Shown here: positions 48,704 to 57,769 of the stretch, in pieces | Position numbering within the stretch: position 1 is the stretch's first letter | How the letters are laid out: the number at the start of each line of letters is the position of its first letter | Assembly (NCBI GenBank): GCA_030612725.1 | Contig: JAUWNJ010000010.1 | Location: 32,837-96,836 of the forward strand | Source of the DNA: Planctomycetales bacterium | GTDB lineage: Bacteria; Planctomycetota; Phycisphaerae; SM23-33 | Length of the DNA: 64,000 nt | Direction of reading: 5' to 3' | Made by a program: the position numbers and the translations under genes | The notes under the pieces: generated by a model | Database searches by the model: none | The model's input: the letters and a program-made list of their open reading frames with translations, nothing else | What the model was told of the DNA's origin: nothing

Positions 48704-48734
48704 GCTGGGCCGGAGCGAAGCGGAGTCCCACCTT
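48700..48734. repeat. Single-arm copy of the gtaggctgggccggagcgaagcggagtcccacctt element, immediately after the nitrilase stop and followed by a T run
   Basis: Identical to the arms in lipA (37946.., 38010..) and at the lipB-lipA junction (37297..). Confidence 0.5.
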
Positions 48735-48807
48735 ATCCCTTTTTTAATCCACAATCCGCAATTTGATCTCTTGATCATTCGCTCGATTTGATCAACGATC
48801 GCGGCCA

Positions 48808-50112
48808 ATGAGCGAAAACACAAAAAATCCCCCCACCTACTTCACCGATGCCGCCGGACGCTTCACCCTCTATCAGGGAAATTGCCTCGAACTGATGCCG
48901 CTACTACCGGCCTGCTCATTCGACCTCATCTTCGCCGACCCGCCGTATTTCCTCTCCAACGGCGGAATCACATGCCATGCCGGGAAGATGGTCTCCGTCA
49001 ACAAGGGCAAATGGGACCGCTCGATGGGCTTCGCCGGAAACTACGCATTCACCAAAGACTGGATCGCCCGATGCCAACGCCTCCTCAAACCCAACGGGAC
49101 AATGTTCGTCTCCGGCACCAGCCACATCATACACATCGTCGGAGCCGTTATGGACGAACTAGGCCTGAAAATCCTAAACGACATCACCTGGGTAAAGCCG
49201 AACCCGCCGCCGAACCTGTCGTGCCGGTATTTCACGCACGCTGCCGAGACGATTCTCTGGGCAGGCCGGGATAAAAAGTGCCGGCACAAGTTCAATTATC
49301 AGTTGATGAAGCGAATCAACGGCGGAAAGCAGATGAAGAGCGTCTGGACGGATATAGAAACGCCGCGACGGGACGAAAAAGTCTTCGGAAAGCACCCGAC
49401 GCAGAAACCGCTCGCCCTTCTGGAGCGGATAATCGCAGCCGCCAGCGACGAAGGCGACCTCATCCTCGACCCCTTCAGCGGCTCAGCCACAACAGGAATC
49501 GCGGCTGCAAGAATGAACAGACAATCCATAGGCCTGGAGATGGAAACGGAATTTCTGGATATCGGCGTGCATCGTTTCGTCGGCGTGCCACAGGCTGACA
49601 ATCCCGACCGCATTCTCGATTTAATAAAAGTACATGCTTTGGGAAATCCGACTCCAACCGAACTTGCACGTTGCTTGGGCATGACTGAACGCCAGGCGCA
49701 TTACTACCGGCAAGCCGCTTCAATACTCGGACTACTTCGACGCTCGGAAAGCGGCTGGGCATTGACCGAAATCGGAAAGACCATTTGCGAAAACAGGCAA
49801 TTGTACGCCCGTTCACTTTTAGCGCAAAGGATACTGGAACTTCCGCTCGTCCAGTCAGCCATCAGGAAAAGCCGGAGGTATCGCACCAAAAACACAAAAT
49901 GCCGAATCATTGCAGAGTTATTATCCCGCAGCACCGCACTGACCGGTTCGACTTGCACACGGCGAGCACAAACGCTCTTGGCATGGATAGATTGGTCGCT
50001 GGCGCACTGTTGCGCCGAACCTGTCCTGCCGGTATTTCACGCACACTGCCGAGACGATTCTCTGGGGCGGCAAAACGAAAAGTTGGTAAAATGCCAACGG
50101 TTCGCTATATAA
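48808..50112 (+). CDS. Beta-class N6-adenine DNA methyltransferase of the CcrM/M.HinfI family (probable GANTC specificity) with an extended C-terminal region
   Basis: FADPPY (motif IV) precedes LDPFSGSATTG (motif I), the beta-class order. Block-by-block similarity to CcrM (ILNDITWVKPNPPPN, FNYQLMK, HPTQKPLALLERII). The C-terminal ~170 aa are atypical. Confidence 0.8.
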   Translation: MSENTKNPPTYFTDAAGRFTLYQGNCLELMPLLPACSFDLIFADPPYFLSNGGITCHAGKMVSVNKGKWDRSMGFAGNYAFTKDWIARCQRLLKPNGTMFVSGTSHIIHIVGAVMDELGLKILNDITWVKPNPPPNLSCRYFTHAAETILWAGRDKKCRHKFNYQLMKRINGGKQMKSVWTDIETPRRDEKVFGKHPTQKPLALLERIIAAASDEGDLILDPFSGSATTGIAAARMNRQSIGLEMETEFLDIGVHRFVGVPQADNPDRILDLIKVHALGNPTPTELARCLGMTERQAHYYRQAASILGLLRRSESGWALTEIGKTICENRQLYARSLLAQRILELPLVQSAIRKSRRYRTKNTKCRIIAELLSRSTALTGSTCTRRAQTLLAWIDWSLAHCCAEPVLPVFHAHCRDDSLGRQNEKLVKCQRFAI

Positions 50113-50121
50113 TCGCACACC

Positions 50122-50859
50122 ATGAAACAATATGAAGCAGTCATTCGGACGTTGGAAAACCTGGGGGGTCTCGCAACGTTAGGACAACTCTACGGCGAGG
50201 TGTTCAAAATAACCGACTGCAAATGGGGGACGAAAACGCCGCTTGCAAGCATCCGCCGCATCGTTCAAACGCGCAAAGAAATCTACAAGATAAAACCTGG
50301 CCTCTACGGATTGACCACACTGAAAAGAGAACACGTCTCTCGCGGTATCGTCGCGGAAACGGCGAAGAACAGGGATTCTGCCGAAGTGGTGCGCTTCAAC
50401 CATACCTACTATCAGGGTTTGCTGCTCATCGTCGGAAAACTGAAGCGATTTGATTGCTGGTCGCCCAATCAGGATAAAAACAAAGTGTTTTTGGACGGAA
50501 CAATTGATTCGCTCCGCACCCTCAAGGAGATGCCGCGCTTTTCATACGATAATTTGGTGAATCGCAGCGCGACCGTCGATGTTATCTGGTTCAATGAGCG
50601 CGGAATGCCGAGCAGTTTTTTTGAGATTGAACACAGCAGCGACATCCAAAACTCGCTGCTCAAGTTCAACGACTTGCAGGATTTTCAGACTCGAATGTTC
50701 ATCGTCTCAAACACCAAACGCCGCAAGGAGTATGAAAGCAAAATCAAATACTCTTCGTTTCGGGATATTGCGGGCAGGGCGAAGTTTCTTTCCTTCGATT
50801 GGCTCGTGAAGGAATACGAGCACACCGTCGAAGCAAGCAGCGCAGAAGTAACGCTCTGA
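50122..50859 (+). CDS. Uncharacterised protein with N-terminal winged-helix-like domain and restriction-endonuclease-like C-terminal region; candidate cognate endonuclease
   Basis: Starts 10 nt after the methyltransferase stop. N-terminus resembles Mrr-N-type wH (GGLATLGQLYGEVFKI...IRRIVQTRKEIYKIKPGLYGL). VDVIWFN...FFEIEH could be a degenerate PD-(D/E)xK core. Lower GC. Confidence 0.4.
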   Translation: MKQYEAVIRTLENLGGLATLGQLYGEVFKITDCKWGTKTPLASIRRIVQTRKEIYKIKPGLYGLTTLKREHVSRGIVAETAKNRDSAEVVRFNHTYYQGLLLIVGKLKRFDCWSPNQDKNKVFLDGTIDSLRTLKEMPRFSYDNLVNRSATVDVIWFNERGMPSSFFEIEHSSDIQNSLLKFNDLQDFQTRMFIVSNTKRRKEYESKIKYSSFRDIAGRAKFLSFDWLVKEYEHTVEASSAEVTL

Positions 50860-50964
50860 TGAGTTTAAGGCGGGTAGCGTGGTCGCGTTTTTGGGGCCAC
50901 ATTTACGTCAGCGCGGCCACGGTTTGTTCCACCAGAAGGCACACAGCAAGGTTGCAACAATGCG

Positions 50965-52032
50965 ATGACAAAGAACGTTTGCGAGAAATGCATATACTGC
51001 AATGCTCCTGTGCAAGGTGGTTCGCAAGGGGACCACGTGATACCGGCAGCGCTTGGAAAGTTCCGAAACGCGACTAACTTCAAACGCATTTGCGTAAAGT
51101 GCAATTCCGAGATTGGCCGCTGTGAGGAACAACTACTAAGGTGCGGTCCGGGAGTGCTGTTCAGGCGATTGGTCATACCGGCAACCCACCGGTCACGCGG
51201 TCAACCCAGAGCTTCCATGACGGGCGCTGGGGGAGTCCCTCCTCCCGAGGTGTGGGCGCACTTCCCAGACCACAAAGAGGCCGTCACTCTAACCGAGTCA
51301 GGCCGAAACGTTGTCGGTTTCGATCACCTGGTTGTTTATGATGATAAGGATGAAGGTCATGTTGTACGTCTGAATCCGAACATGTCGCCGGAGGCACTTC
51401 GGGCGGCCGTCAAAAGGCTTGGCCTCAAGAAGATAAAGGTGACCACCTCGCACTTCGCCAAGAAAAACGAACACACATCTGATCTCTATCTGAAGATATT
51501 TTCACAGGCTTGGCCGGAAGCCCAATATGAGCAAAAACCAGATCTAGATCCGGGAGTGCATCCTGTTCCTGTCGAGTTTAAATTTGTTGCCACCGACCTT
51601 TACTTCCGTGCGATTGCGAAGATTGCTTTCCATTACTACCTGACACAGTCGATGAGGTCGCTAGGGAATGAAGACTATTTTCGAGAAATCAGGGACTTCA
51701 TCAGATACGGTGGCGGAAAACTTGCTGTGGACAAGTTCTTTATTGGCTCAAACATATTCAGTTTCCCGCAGTTCCTAAGTAACATGGTCCCCAGTTGGTG
51801 GCATCATATTCTTGCTACACTGGAGCGCGACGGAACCGTTTTCGCTATGGTCTGTCTCTTCTACGGCCCCGAGTGCAAAGGCGAACGGTACACGTTGGAA
51901 CTAGGAAAGATCCCGGGGCGTATTGTTTTGCCGAAGTCTTGCTGGGCACACACTTATGACTACTTCCGTCCCGAAGACATCGGCAAGTACGCTGGCAAAG
52001 TGCATCCGGTTTCTATCACCGCGCTGCGGTGA
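50965..52032 (+). CDS. HNH-nuclease-domain protein with large uncharacterised C-terminal domain
   Basis: N-terminal CEKCIYCNAPVQGGSQGDHVIPAALGKF...CVKCNSEIGRCE is an HNH/Zn motif. 355 aa. Lower GC than the flanks. Confidence 0.5.
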   Translation: MTKNVCEKCIYCNAPVQGGSQGDHVIPAALGKFRNATNFKRICVKCNSEIGRCEEQLLRCGPGVLFRRLVIPATHRSRGQPRASMTGAGGVPPPEVWAHFPDHKEAVTLTESGRNVVGFDHLVVYDDKDEGHVVRLNPNMSPEALRAAVKRLGLKKIKVTTSHFAKKNEHTSDLYLKIFSQAWPEAQYEQKPDLDPGVHPVPVEFKFVATDLYFRAIAKIAFHYYLTQSMRSLGNEDYFREIRDFIRYGGGKLAVDKFFIGSNIFSFPQFLSNMVPSWWHHILATLERDGTVFAMVCLFYGPECKGERYTLELGKIPGRIVLPKSCWAHTYDYFRPEDIGKYAGKVHPVSITALR

Positions 52033-52200
52033 CGATTTCGCGCTCGCTGGTTTTTAAATCACTTGGATTGCGAAAATAGGCAACCACGGCACTATCCGTC
52101 GGCGAGATGGATGTTCAATTGCAGATTCATCGTGTTCTGAGTCGATCATCAATCGGTATGTGCGTCAAGAGGGAAATCAGCATTTCGCGCGATATCTTCC

Positions 52201-52249
52201 CGCTTCCTACCCTTCGGGTCTGAGCCTCAGGGTCGAAGGGTAGGAAGCG
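52201..52249. repeat. Perfect 16-bp-stem hairpin cgcttcctacccttcg ... cgaagggtaggaagcg with an internally palindromic loop
   Basis: Read directly. Lies within the repeat-dense noncoding region. Confidence 0.55.
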
Positions 52250-52288
52250 GGTATCACCGGGCTTTCGATTATCCCTTGATCGCGCTGT

Positions 52289-52426
52289 GTTCGCATCTGC
52301 GCGCGCAAACGCGAACGTAAAAATCGGGGAGATGAAAAATTCCAAAAAAACTTTTCCCAAGGCCGCCAAGGACTTATGCCGTCGCTATCCGTTTTGTGTT
52401 CGCCTTTGCGCGCGCAAACGCGAACG
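52289..52426. repeat. Two copies of the palindromic motif gttcgcNtYtgcgcgcgcaaacgcgaac (52289-52316 and 52399-52426)
   Basis: Read directly. Each copy is itself a hairpin (gttcgc/gcgaac arms around gcgcgcgc). Confidence 0.5.
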
Positions 52427-52446
52427 CAAAAGATAATATAGAGGAC

Positions 52447-52591
52447 AGATAGGGACCTAGGGACTTGGGACTAGAAGATAGGGCCTAGGGCGTAGGGCAT
52501 AGGGCGTAGGGCGTAGGGAATGCGTAGCATCACTACGTGAAAACAGATGAACCAGTCAACCAGTCAACCAGTCAACTAATCAACCATCAAC
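52447..52591. repeat. Composite repeat array (right): gatagggacctagggacttgggactag plus tagggc tandem units, then gcgtagcatcactacgtga, then accagtcaacc tandem units
   Basis: Reverse-complement arrangement of the array at 43153-43302. Confidence 0.6.
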
Positions 52592-52700
52592 TTGGGCCGT
52601 TTAGGCAAGATAGGCAATGGTGGATTTTTAAAAATGGGCGTAAAAATGACCTCAAAAAACATAAATGATTGGCTCGTAAGGACTTGTGGATTTTGGAAAC

Positions 52701-52807
52701 TTTCCCAATTGTTCCCAATCGTTCCTAATCGTTCCCATTTGTTCCCAATCGTTCCCAATCGTTCCCATTCGTTCCCATTCGTTCCGAATTGTTCCGTTTC
52801 GTTCCGC
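52701..52807. repeat. 11 consecutive 10-nt units gttcccaatc (variants tttcccaatt, gttcctaatc, gttcccattc, gttccgaatt...), with exact 10-nt periodicity
   Basis: Read directly. The ORF-track ORFs 52592..52984 and 52686..52991 are translation artefacts of this array. Confidence 0.6.
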
Positions 52808-52995
52808 AGCGGTGGTCCGCGGAGTCCCCGCAGAGTCCTCGCAGAGTCCTACGGGCTACGGACTACCGAACAGGAAAGATTCCTTCCGCTTCCCCCCACG
52901 GGGCTTCCTTGCGGTCGCGGCTCGCTTGTTGTGCTTGTTCATTCGACGGTTTCCGATTATACTCGAGTCGGATTTAATTTCTAAGGGGTAATGCG

Positions 52996-53454
52996 ATGCG
53001 AGTTGAGACACAATTTTCGGTATTTCTGGTCAACAAGCCCGGCGTGCTGGCACAGGTAACCAGCGCCCTTGCCAAAGCCAAAATCGACCTGATAGCCCTG
53101 ACGCTGGTGGATTCCAGCGAGCACGGCGTATTGCGGATAGTCTGCGCCGGTGAAAACGACAAGGTTCGCAAGGCCCTCGCCCAGGCGCAAGACCAATTCA
53201 CCGAGACCGAAGTGCTGGTAATGGAACTTTCCAATAAGCCAGGCGCATTTTCGGCAATGACGCAAAAACTCGCCGACGCACACATCAATATCAGTTACGC
53301 ATATTGCACCGGCGGGGCGAAAGGCGGAAAGACGACGGCCGTTTGCAAAGTCGCCGACCTGAAGAAGGCGTTGAAAGTGCTCAAACCGGCACGCAGCGGC
53401 AGCAGCAAGAACACGCGGGTAAAAATCAAAGCCGCTCCGCGCAGACGGCGATAA
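52996..53454 (+). CDS. Tandem ACT-domain protein
   Basis: Two repeats of the ACT-like pattern (FSVFLVNKPGVLAQVTSALAKAKIDLIAL ... LVMELSNKPGAFSAMTQKLADAHINIS). Confidence 0.55.
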   Translation: MRVETQFSVFLVNKPGVLAQVTSALAKAKIDLIALTLVDSSEHGVLRIVCAGENDKVRKALAQAQDQFTETEVLVMELSNKPGAFSAMTQKLADAHINISYAYCTGGAKGGKTTAVCKVADLKKALKVLKPARSGSSKNTRVKIKAAPRRRR

Positions 53455-53466
53455 GGGGAAAATTTT

Positions 53467-54183
53467 ATGATTTTAGCGGCAATTCGAGATGGATTCATTC
53501 TGGATTCGTGGACAGTCGAGTCAATCGTCCGCCTGCTTGTGGCGGCTGCGCTTGGCGGGCTTGTCGGTCTGGAGCGCAAGCAGCACGGGCGGGCGGCTGG
53601 TCTGCGGACTCACCTGCTGGTAGCGCTGGGAGCAGCTATGGCGATGGTCGTCTCGCTGCACTTCGAGCACGTATTCGGCAAGACCGGAGCCGAGATGTCC
53701 ATTCGGATAGACCCTGCCAGGGTCGCTTACGGCGTGATGGCGGGTATCGGATTCCTTGGGGCCGGCGCTATTATCCAGTACGGCGTGGGTGTTCGCGGCC
53801 TGACCACTGCTGCGAGCATGTGGTGTACTGCGGCGATAGGATTGGGGGCGGGGTTCGGGATGTTCGCCGTATCGTTCGTCGCCGTGGCTATTGTCCTGTT
53901 CGCGCTTATCGTTCTGGACGTCGTTGACCGCCACATCCCCGTCAGGTTCACCAAGAACATCAAACTCGACGTTCCGGGAACCTCGCCCGACGCCATCGAC
54001 CGTTACGAAAAACTATTGGCAGGACGAAACGTCAAAGTAGTCAACATGGGATACACATGCGATTTCGAGAACGACTGCTCGACCATATCGCTGCGGATTT
54101 CCGCCAGGGTCGCCCACATAACCGAAGCAATGAACCGTCTCCGCGAAGGCGCACCGGAAATCACGGGTATGAAGGTCGCGTAA
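53467..54183 (+). CDS. MgtC/SapB-family membrane protein
   Basis: LVAAALGGLVGLERKQHGRAAGLRTHLLVALGAAM is the MgtC signature; plus a C-terminal soluble domain. Confidence 0.65.
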   Translation: MILAAIRDGFILDSWTVESIVRLLVAAALGGLVGLERKQHGRAAGLRTHLLVALGAAMAMVVSLHFEHVFGKTGAEMSIRIDPARVAYGVMAGIGFLGAGAIIQYGVGVRGLTTAASMWCTAAIGLGAGFGMFAVSFVAVAIVLFALIVLDVVDRHIPVRFTKNIKLDVPGTSPDAIDRYEKLLAGRNVKVVNMGYTCDFENDCSTISLRISARVAHITEAMNRLREGAPEITGMKVA

Positions 54184-54342
54184 GTTTTACCTCATTACGA
54201 ATGCGTACTGAATGATGAACAGCACAGCGAAGATATAGACAATGAGCGGACACTCCTTCACCCGTTTGAAATAAAAAGCGAAACGACAAGCCGGATGACT
54301 CGTCGTTTCGCAATGTTGTTTTTTACACTCTCGCGGCGTTTT

Positions 54343-55671
54343 CTATTTCAACAGTTCGTCGGCGTGTTCGGCCACCTTGCGGAAGGCGGCGGCGTATTCT
54401 TCGATAATTTCCGGACGGTCGTGCTTGAACCACGGAATCGAGATCGCCCTCTTGGCGATGCCTTCTGTCACCGGCAGCGATCCCGGACCTTGTCGCACGT
54501 CGCGCGACGCGTTGGCGATGACCGTCGGTTTCCCGTGGCCATAGACATCCGCATCGTGAAGGGCCGGGTGCAGGTGCAGCGGTCCGTTGATTCCGGGACG
54601 GGTCTCGAAGCCCTCTGCCGTCAGGGCCTGGCAGAACTTCTCGGCGCTCAGTCCGCCCAGTTCCTCAGACCTGTACAGGCCCTTGGCGGCGTACCACCCG
54701 CCCATCGTCGAACCGGAATCCGCCGGCGGGCGGTGGGCCTTGATGCCCGGAACGCCTTCCAGCAAATCCCAGAAGCGGTTCATCGCCTTCTGTATCTCCA
54801 CAATGCGCTGCGGGTAGTATTTAAGTTGCACCCGCGCCAGCGAGGAGGCGACCTGGTTGAGGCGGTGCTTGTATCCGCCGAGCGGGACGCCGGCGAATTT
54901 CTTCAGTTCCGGGTTGGTAATCTGACCCTTCCCGTCGCTGTACATCGACGGCAGTCCTGTGCGCTCGTAGTGCCCGAAGGCCGCTGCCCGCTCGAAAATG
55001 TTCTGATCGTTGGTGATGAGCATTCCGCCCTCGCCGGCCACCAGGCTCTTACCGGCCATCATGCTGAATGCGCCGACGTGACCGATCGTACCGAGCGCCC
55101 GCCCCTTGTACAGGCCGCCCTGGGCGTGAGAGACGTCCTCAATGACCTTGACGTTGTGCTTCTCGGCAATGGCCATTATCTCGTCCATCTCGGCGGGATA
55201 CGCGCAGTTGTGCACCACCACGATGGCCTTTGTGTCTTCACTGATGCGATGCTCAATGTCGGCAGGGTCTATGCAGAGGGTGTCGCCGAGGATGTCGGCG
55301 AAGTTAATCGTCGCGCCCAGAGACAGCGCCGGAAGGGCGGCTGCCCAATAGACCGGCGACTGGATGATAATCTCGTCGCCGATGCCCACGCCGCAGCCGA
55401 ACATCGCGCCGAGAAGCGAGGCGGTGCCGTTGCAATAACCCAGGGCGTATTTCACGCCGAGCCACTCGCAAACTTCCTTCTCCAGTTGCTTGGTAACGTC
55501 CGTACCGCTCATCCCGACGCCGCGGTGTATCATTTCCAGCACAGCCTGTTCGTCCTCGGACGTGATTATAGGCCAGGTGAACATATCGGCGGGGTCCTTC
55601 GTTATCGCCTTAGGCCCGCCGAGAAGCGCGAGGGATGATTTCGTCGAAGATGCTACCTCTGTCGATGACAT
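54343..55671 (-). CDS. DegT/DnrJ/EryC1/StrS-family PLP-dependent aminotransferase (second copy)
   Basis: GYCNGTASLLGAMFGCGVGIGDEIIIQSPVYWAAA and downstream motifs. Confidence 0.75.
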   Translation of the reverse strand: MSSTEVASSTKSSLALLGGPKAITKDPADMFTWPIITSEDEQAVLEMIHRGVGMSGTDVTKQLEKEVCEWLGVKYALGYCNGTASLLGAMFGCGVGIGDEIIIQSPVYWAAALPALSLGATINFADILGDTLCIDPADIEHRISEDTKAIVVVHNCAYPAEMDEIMAIAEKHNVKVIEDVSHAQGGLYKGRALGTIGHVGAFSMMAGKSLVAGEGGMLITNDQNIFERAAAFGHYERTGLPSMYSDGKGQITNPELKKFAGVPLGGYKHRLNQVASSLARVQLKYYPQRIVEIQKAMNRFWDLLEGVPGIKAHRPPADSGSTMGGWYAAKGLYRSEELGGLSAEKFCQALTAEGFETRPGINGPLHLHPALHDADVYGHGKPTVIANASRDVRQGPGSLPVTEGIAKRAISIPWFKHDRPEIIEEYAAAFRKVAEHADELLK

Positions 55672-55717
55672 TGCACTGCTCCTTTTTTCAATTCAAGATG
55701 AACGTTTTACAGAATTA

Positions 55718-55808
55718 ACCACAAAGGGCACAAAGAACACAAAGGCAATAAAGAATATTTCAATTCCGTTCTTTGTGTTCTTTGTGCCCTTTGTGGTTCG
55801 TTTTTTTA
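55718..55808 (+). terminator. 27-bp perfect inverted repeat (accacaaagggcacaaagaacacaaag / ctttgtgttctttgtgccctttgtggt) with a 25-nt loop, followed by tcgttttttta
   Basis: Read directly. Lies between the tRNA-Asp 3' end and the DegT start. Its orientation as a terminator for the + strand is puzzling because no + strand gene lies upstream. Confidence 0.45.
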
Positions 55809-55810
55809 AA

Positions 55811-55884
<74 letters not shown>

Positions 55885-56049
55885 ACGCGTACTTCCCTTT
55901 TACCCACGAGGGAACCAACCCTTATACCGCAATAGACAGGGAATTGTCAATAGCGATTTGACCGAAAATCATAGTTTCTGCATCTTGCCGTTTTGCGACC
56001 ATGCCGGTATACTCCACAATTCGGATACTAAACAAAAAGGGTGCAAACA

Positions 56050-57150
56050 ATGAAGATTGCGGTAATTGGCGGCGACGGGACAGGCCCGGAAGTGGTGGCG
56101 GAAGGTCTGAAGGTTCTCAAAGCAGTGGCTGGGAAGGTTGGCTTCGAGTACGAGACGAAGGATTTTAATGTCAGCGGCGACAGGTACCTCGCCAATGGTG
56201 GCGACCCGGAAAAACCCTCCATCCCCATCATCGACGAGGACGAAATCGAAGAACTCAAAACCTTCGACGCGATTTATCTCGGGGCTGTCGGGCATCCCGA
56301 CGTAGCGCCCGGTATTCTGGAAAAGGGGCTGCTGCTGCGTCTTCGTTTCGCGCTGGACCAGTACGTCAATCTCCGCCCGGTAATGCTCTATCCCGGCGTA
56401 CCGTGTCCGCTGGTCGGTAAAGGCCCCGACGACATCGACTTCGTGGTTATCCGCGAGAACACTGAGGGCATCTACACCGGAATGGGCGGCATCCAGTACA
56501 AAGGCACGCCGCAGGAAGTTTCAACGCAGGTCAACTGCACGACGCGGTTCGGCGCCGAGCGGGCCATTCGTTACGCCTTCGAAACCTGCAAAAAACGCAA
56601 CGCCAAAAAACGCCTCACGCTGGTCCATAAAACAAACGTCCTGACCTTTGTCGGTCAGACCTGGTTCAACGCCTTCGAAGCCGTAGCCAAAGAATATCCG
56701 GACATCGAAACCGATTACAACCACGTGGACGCCTGCTGCATGTGGTTTATCAAGAACCCGGAGTTTTACGACGTAATCGTTACGGACAACATCTTCGGCG
56801 ACATAATCACGGACCTCGGCGCGATGATCCAGGGCGGAATGGGCGTAGCCGCAGGCGGAAACATCAATCCCAACGGCGTCAGCATGTTCGAGCCTATAGG
56901 CGGCTCTGCCCCGAAGTACACGGGCAAGAACGTCATCAACCCCATCGCCGCCATCGCCGCGATGGCGATGCTGCTGAGCGAGACGGGGCAAAACACCGGC
57001 GACGCCAAACTCGCCGATGCGGGTCGGCGCGTCGAATCGGCCATAAGGTCCGTTACATCGAAGATGAAATCGCAGTCGGCCGGAAAAATGGGCTTCACCA
57101 CCACCGAAATAGGCGATCTTGTAGCCGATGCCGTCGCAAAGACAGAATGA
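56050..57150 (+). CDS. Isocitrate/isopropylmalate dehydrogenase-family enzyme (3-isopropylmalate or tartrate dehydrogenase-like)
   Basis: [17 protein letters not shown]-terminus, NLRP, and the [19 protein letters not shown]-terminal signature. Confidence 0.7.
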   Translation: MKIAVIGGDGTGPEVVAEGLKVLKAVAGKVGFEYETKDFNVSGDRYLANGGDPEKPSIPIIDEDEIEELKTFDAIYLGAVGHPDVAPGILEKGLLLRLRFALDQYVNLRPVMLYPGVPCPLVGKGPDDIDFVVIRENTEGIYTGMGGIQYKGTPQEVSTQVNCTTRFGAERAIRYAFETCKKRNAKKRLTLVHKTNVLTFVGQTWFNAFEAVAKEYPDIETDYNHVDACCMWFIKNPEFYDVIVTDNIFGDIITDLGAMIQGGMGVAAGGNINPNGVSMFEPIGGSAPKYTGKNVINPIAAIAAMAMLLSETGQNTGDAKLADAGRRVESAIRSVTSKMKSQSAGKMGFTTTEIGDLVADAVAKTE

Positions 57151-57151
57151 C

Positions 57152-57715
57152 TCAGAACCATAATTCATTCGCCTGCGGCGATTCGTCCGCGAGGTGTTCT
57201 GCAACCAGTTCCGCATAGGTCTTCGTGATTGTCGGGGCATTTTCCAAGCCCAGCATTTTTCGCGTAGCCTGGACGGTTTCTTCGTCGTCGGCTTCGATTT
57301 CCAGGAAAAATCCCAGGTCCGGCAATTCGTCCAGTTCGATTCGGGACTGTCCCAGGCCGAAACTCTCCCGCCGCTTCTGAAATGAAACCGTCGGGCAATA
57401 ACCCAATGCCGACAGTATCGCATGTCCGGTATCGGGCGAATTTATAACGATTTCCTCTTCAACCCGGATTTTCAGTTCACCCGCACGTTGCGGACCCTTG
57501 TAAGTAAGTACGCTCCATATGGCTCGTCCGTCGGACGGTTTGGCGGTGCGAATCCGCAGGCCACAGTCGTTCCGGCGGAGATGCGCGTCGGGTGTGTCGA
57601 AGTAGGTATTCTCCTCCATGACCGTTCCTGTCGTTTCGGCCCCAGCCGAAAGCAGTTTCTCGCGCGTGGCTACAGGGTCGGAAATGCGGAACTTTATTTC
57701 TATCTCAAGACCCAT
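57152..57715 (-). CDS. CYTH-domain protein (class IV adenylyl cyclase / triphosphatase-like)
   Basis: [11 protein letters not shown] start with the EIEIKF CYTH signature. Confidence 0.65.
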   Translation of the reverse strand: MGLEIEIKFRISDPVATREKLLSAGAETTGTVMEENTYFDTPDAHLRRNDCGLRIRTAKPSDGRAIWSVLTYKGPQRAGELKIRVEEEIVINSPDTGHAILSALGYCPTVSFQKRRESFGLGQSRIELDELPDLGFFLEIEADDEETVQATRKMLGLENAPTITKTYAELVAEHLADESPQANELWF

Positions 57716-57769
57716 AAGCGGATTATACCGTCTGATGATATGTGCGTCTAAACCTGAATTGCCAAAAAG

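Noticed and set aside
48740-48807. Cluster of four GATC sites (ttgatctcttgatcattcgctcgatttgatcaacgatc) just upstream of the methyltransferase as its recognition or autoregulatory sites
   Set aside because: The methyltransferase resembles the GANTC-specific CcrM/HinfI family, and no GANTC site is evident in that stretch. The GATC clustering may be coincidental or relate to a different methyltransferase, so it is left as a note only.
52592-52991. ORF-track ORFs 52592..52984 and 52686..52991 (and 52127..52369, 52576..52758 on the minus strand)
   Set aside because: Their translations (LFPIVPNRSHLFPIVPNRSH...) are direct read-outs of the 10-nt tandem array. There is no start context and no family, so they are treated as noncoding.
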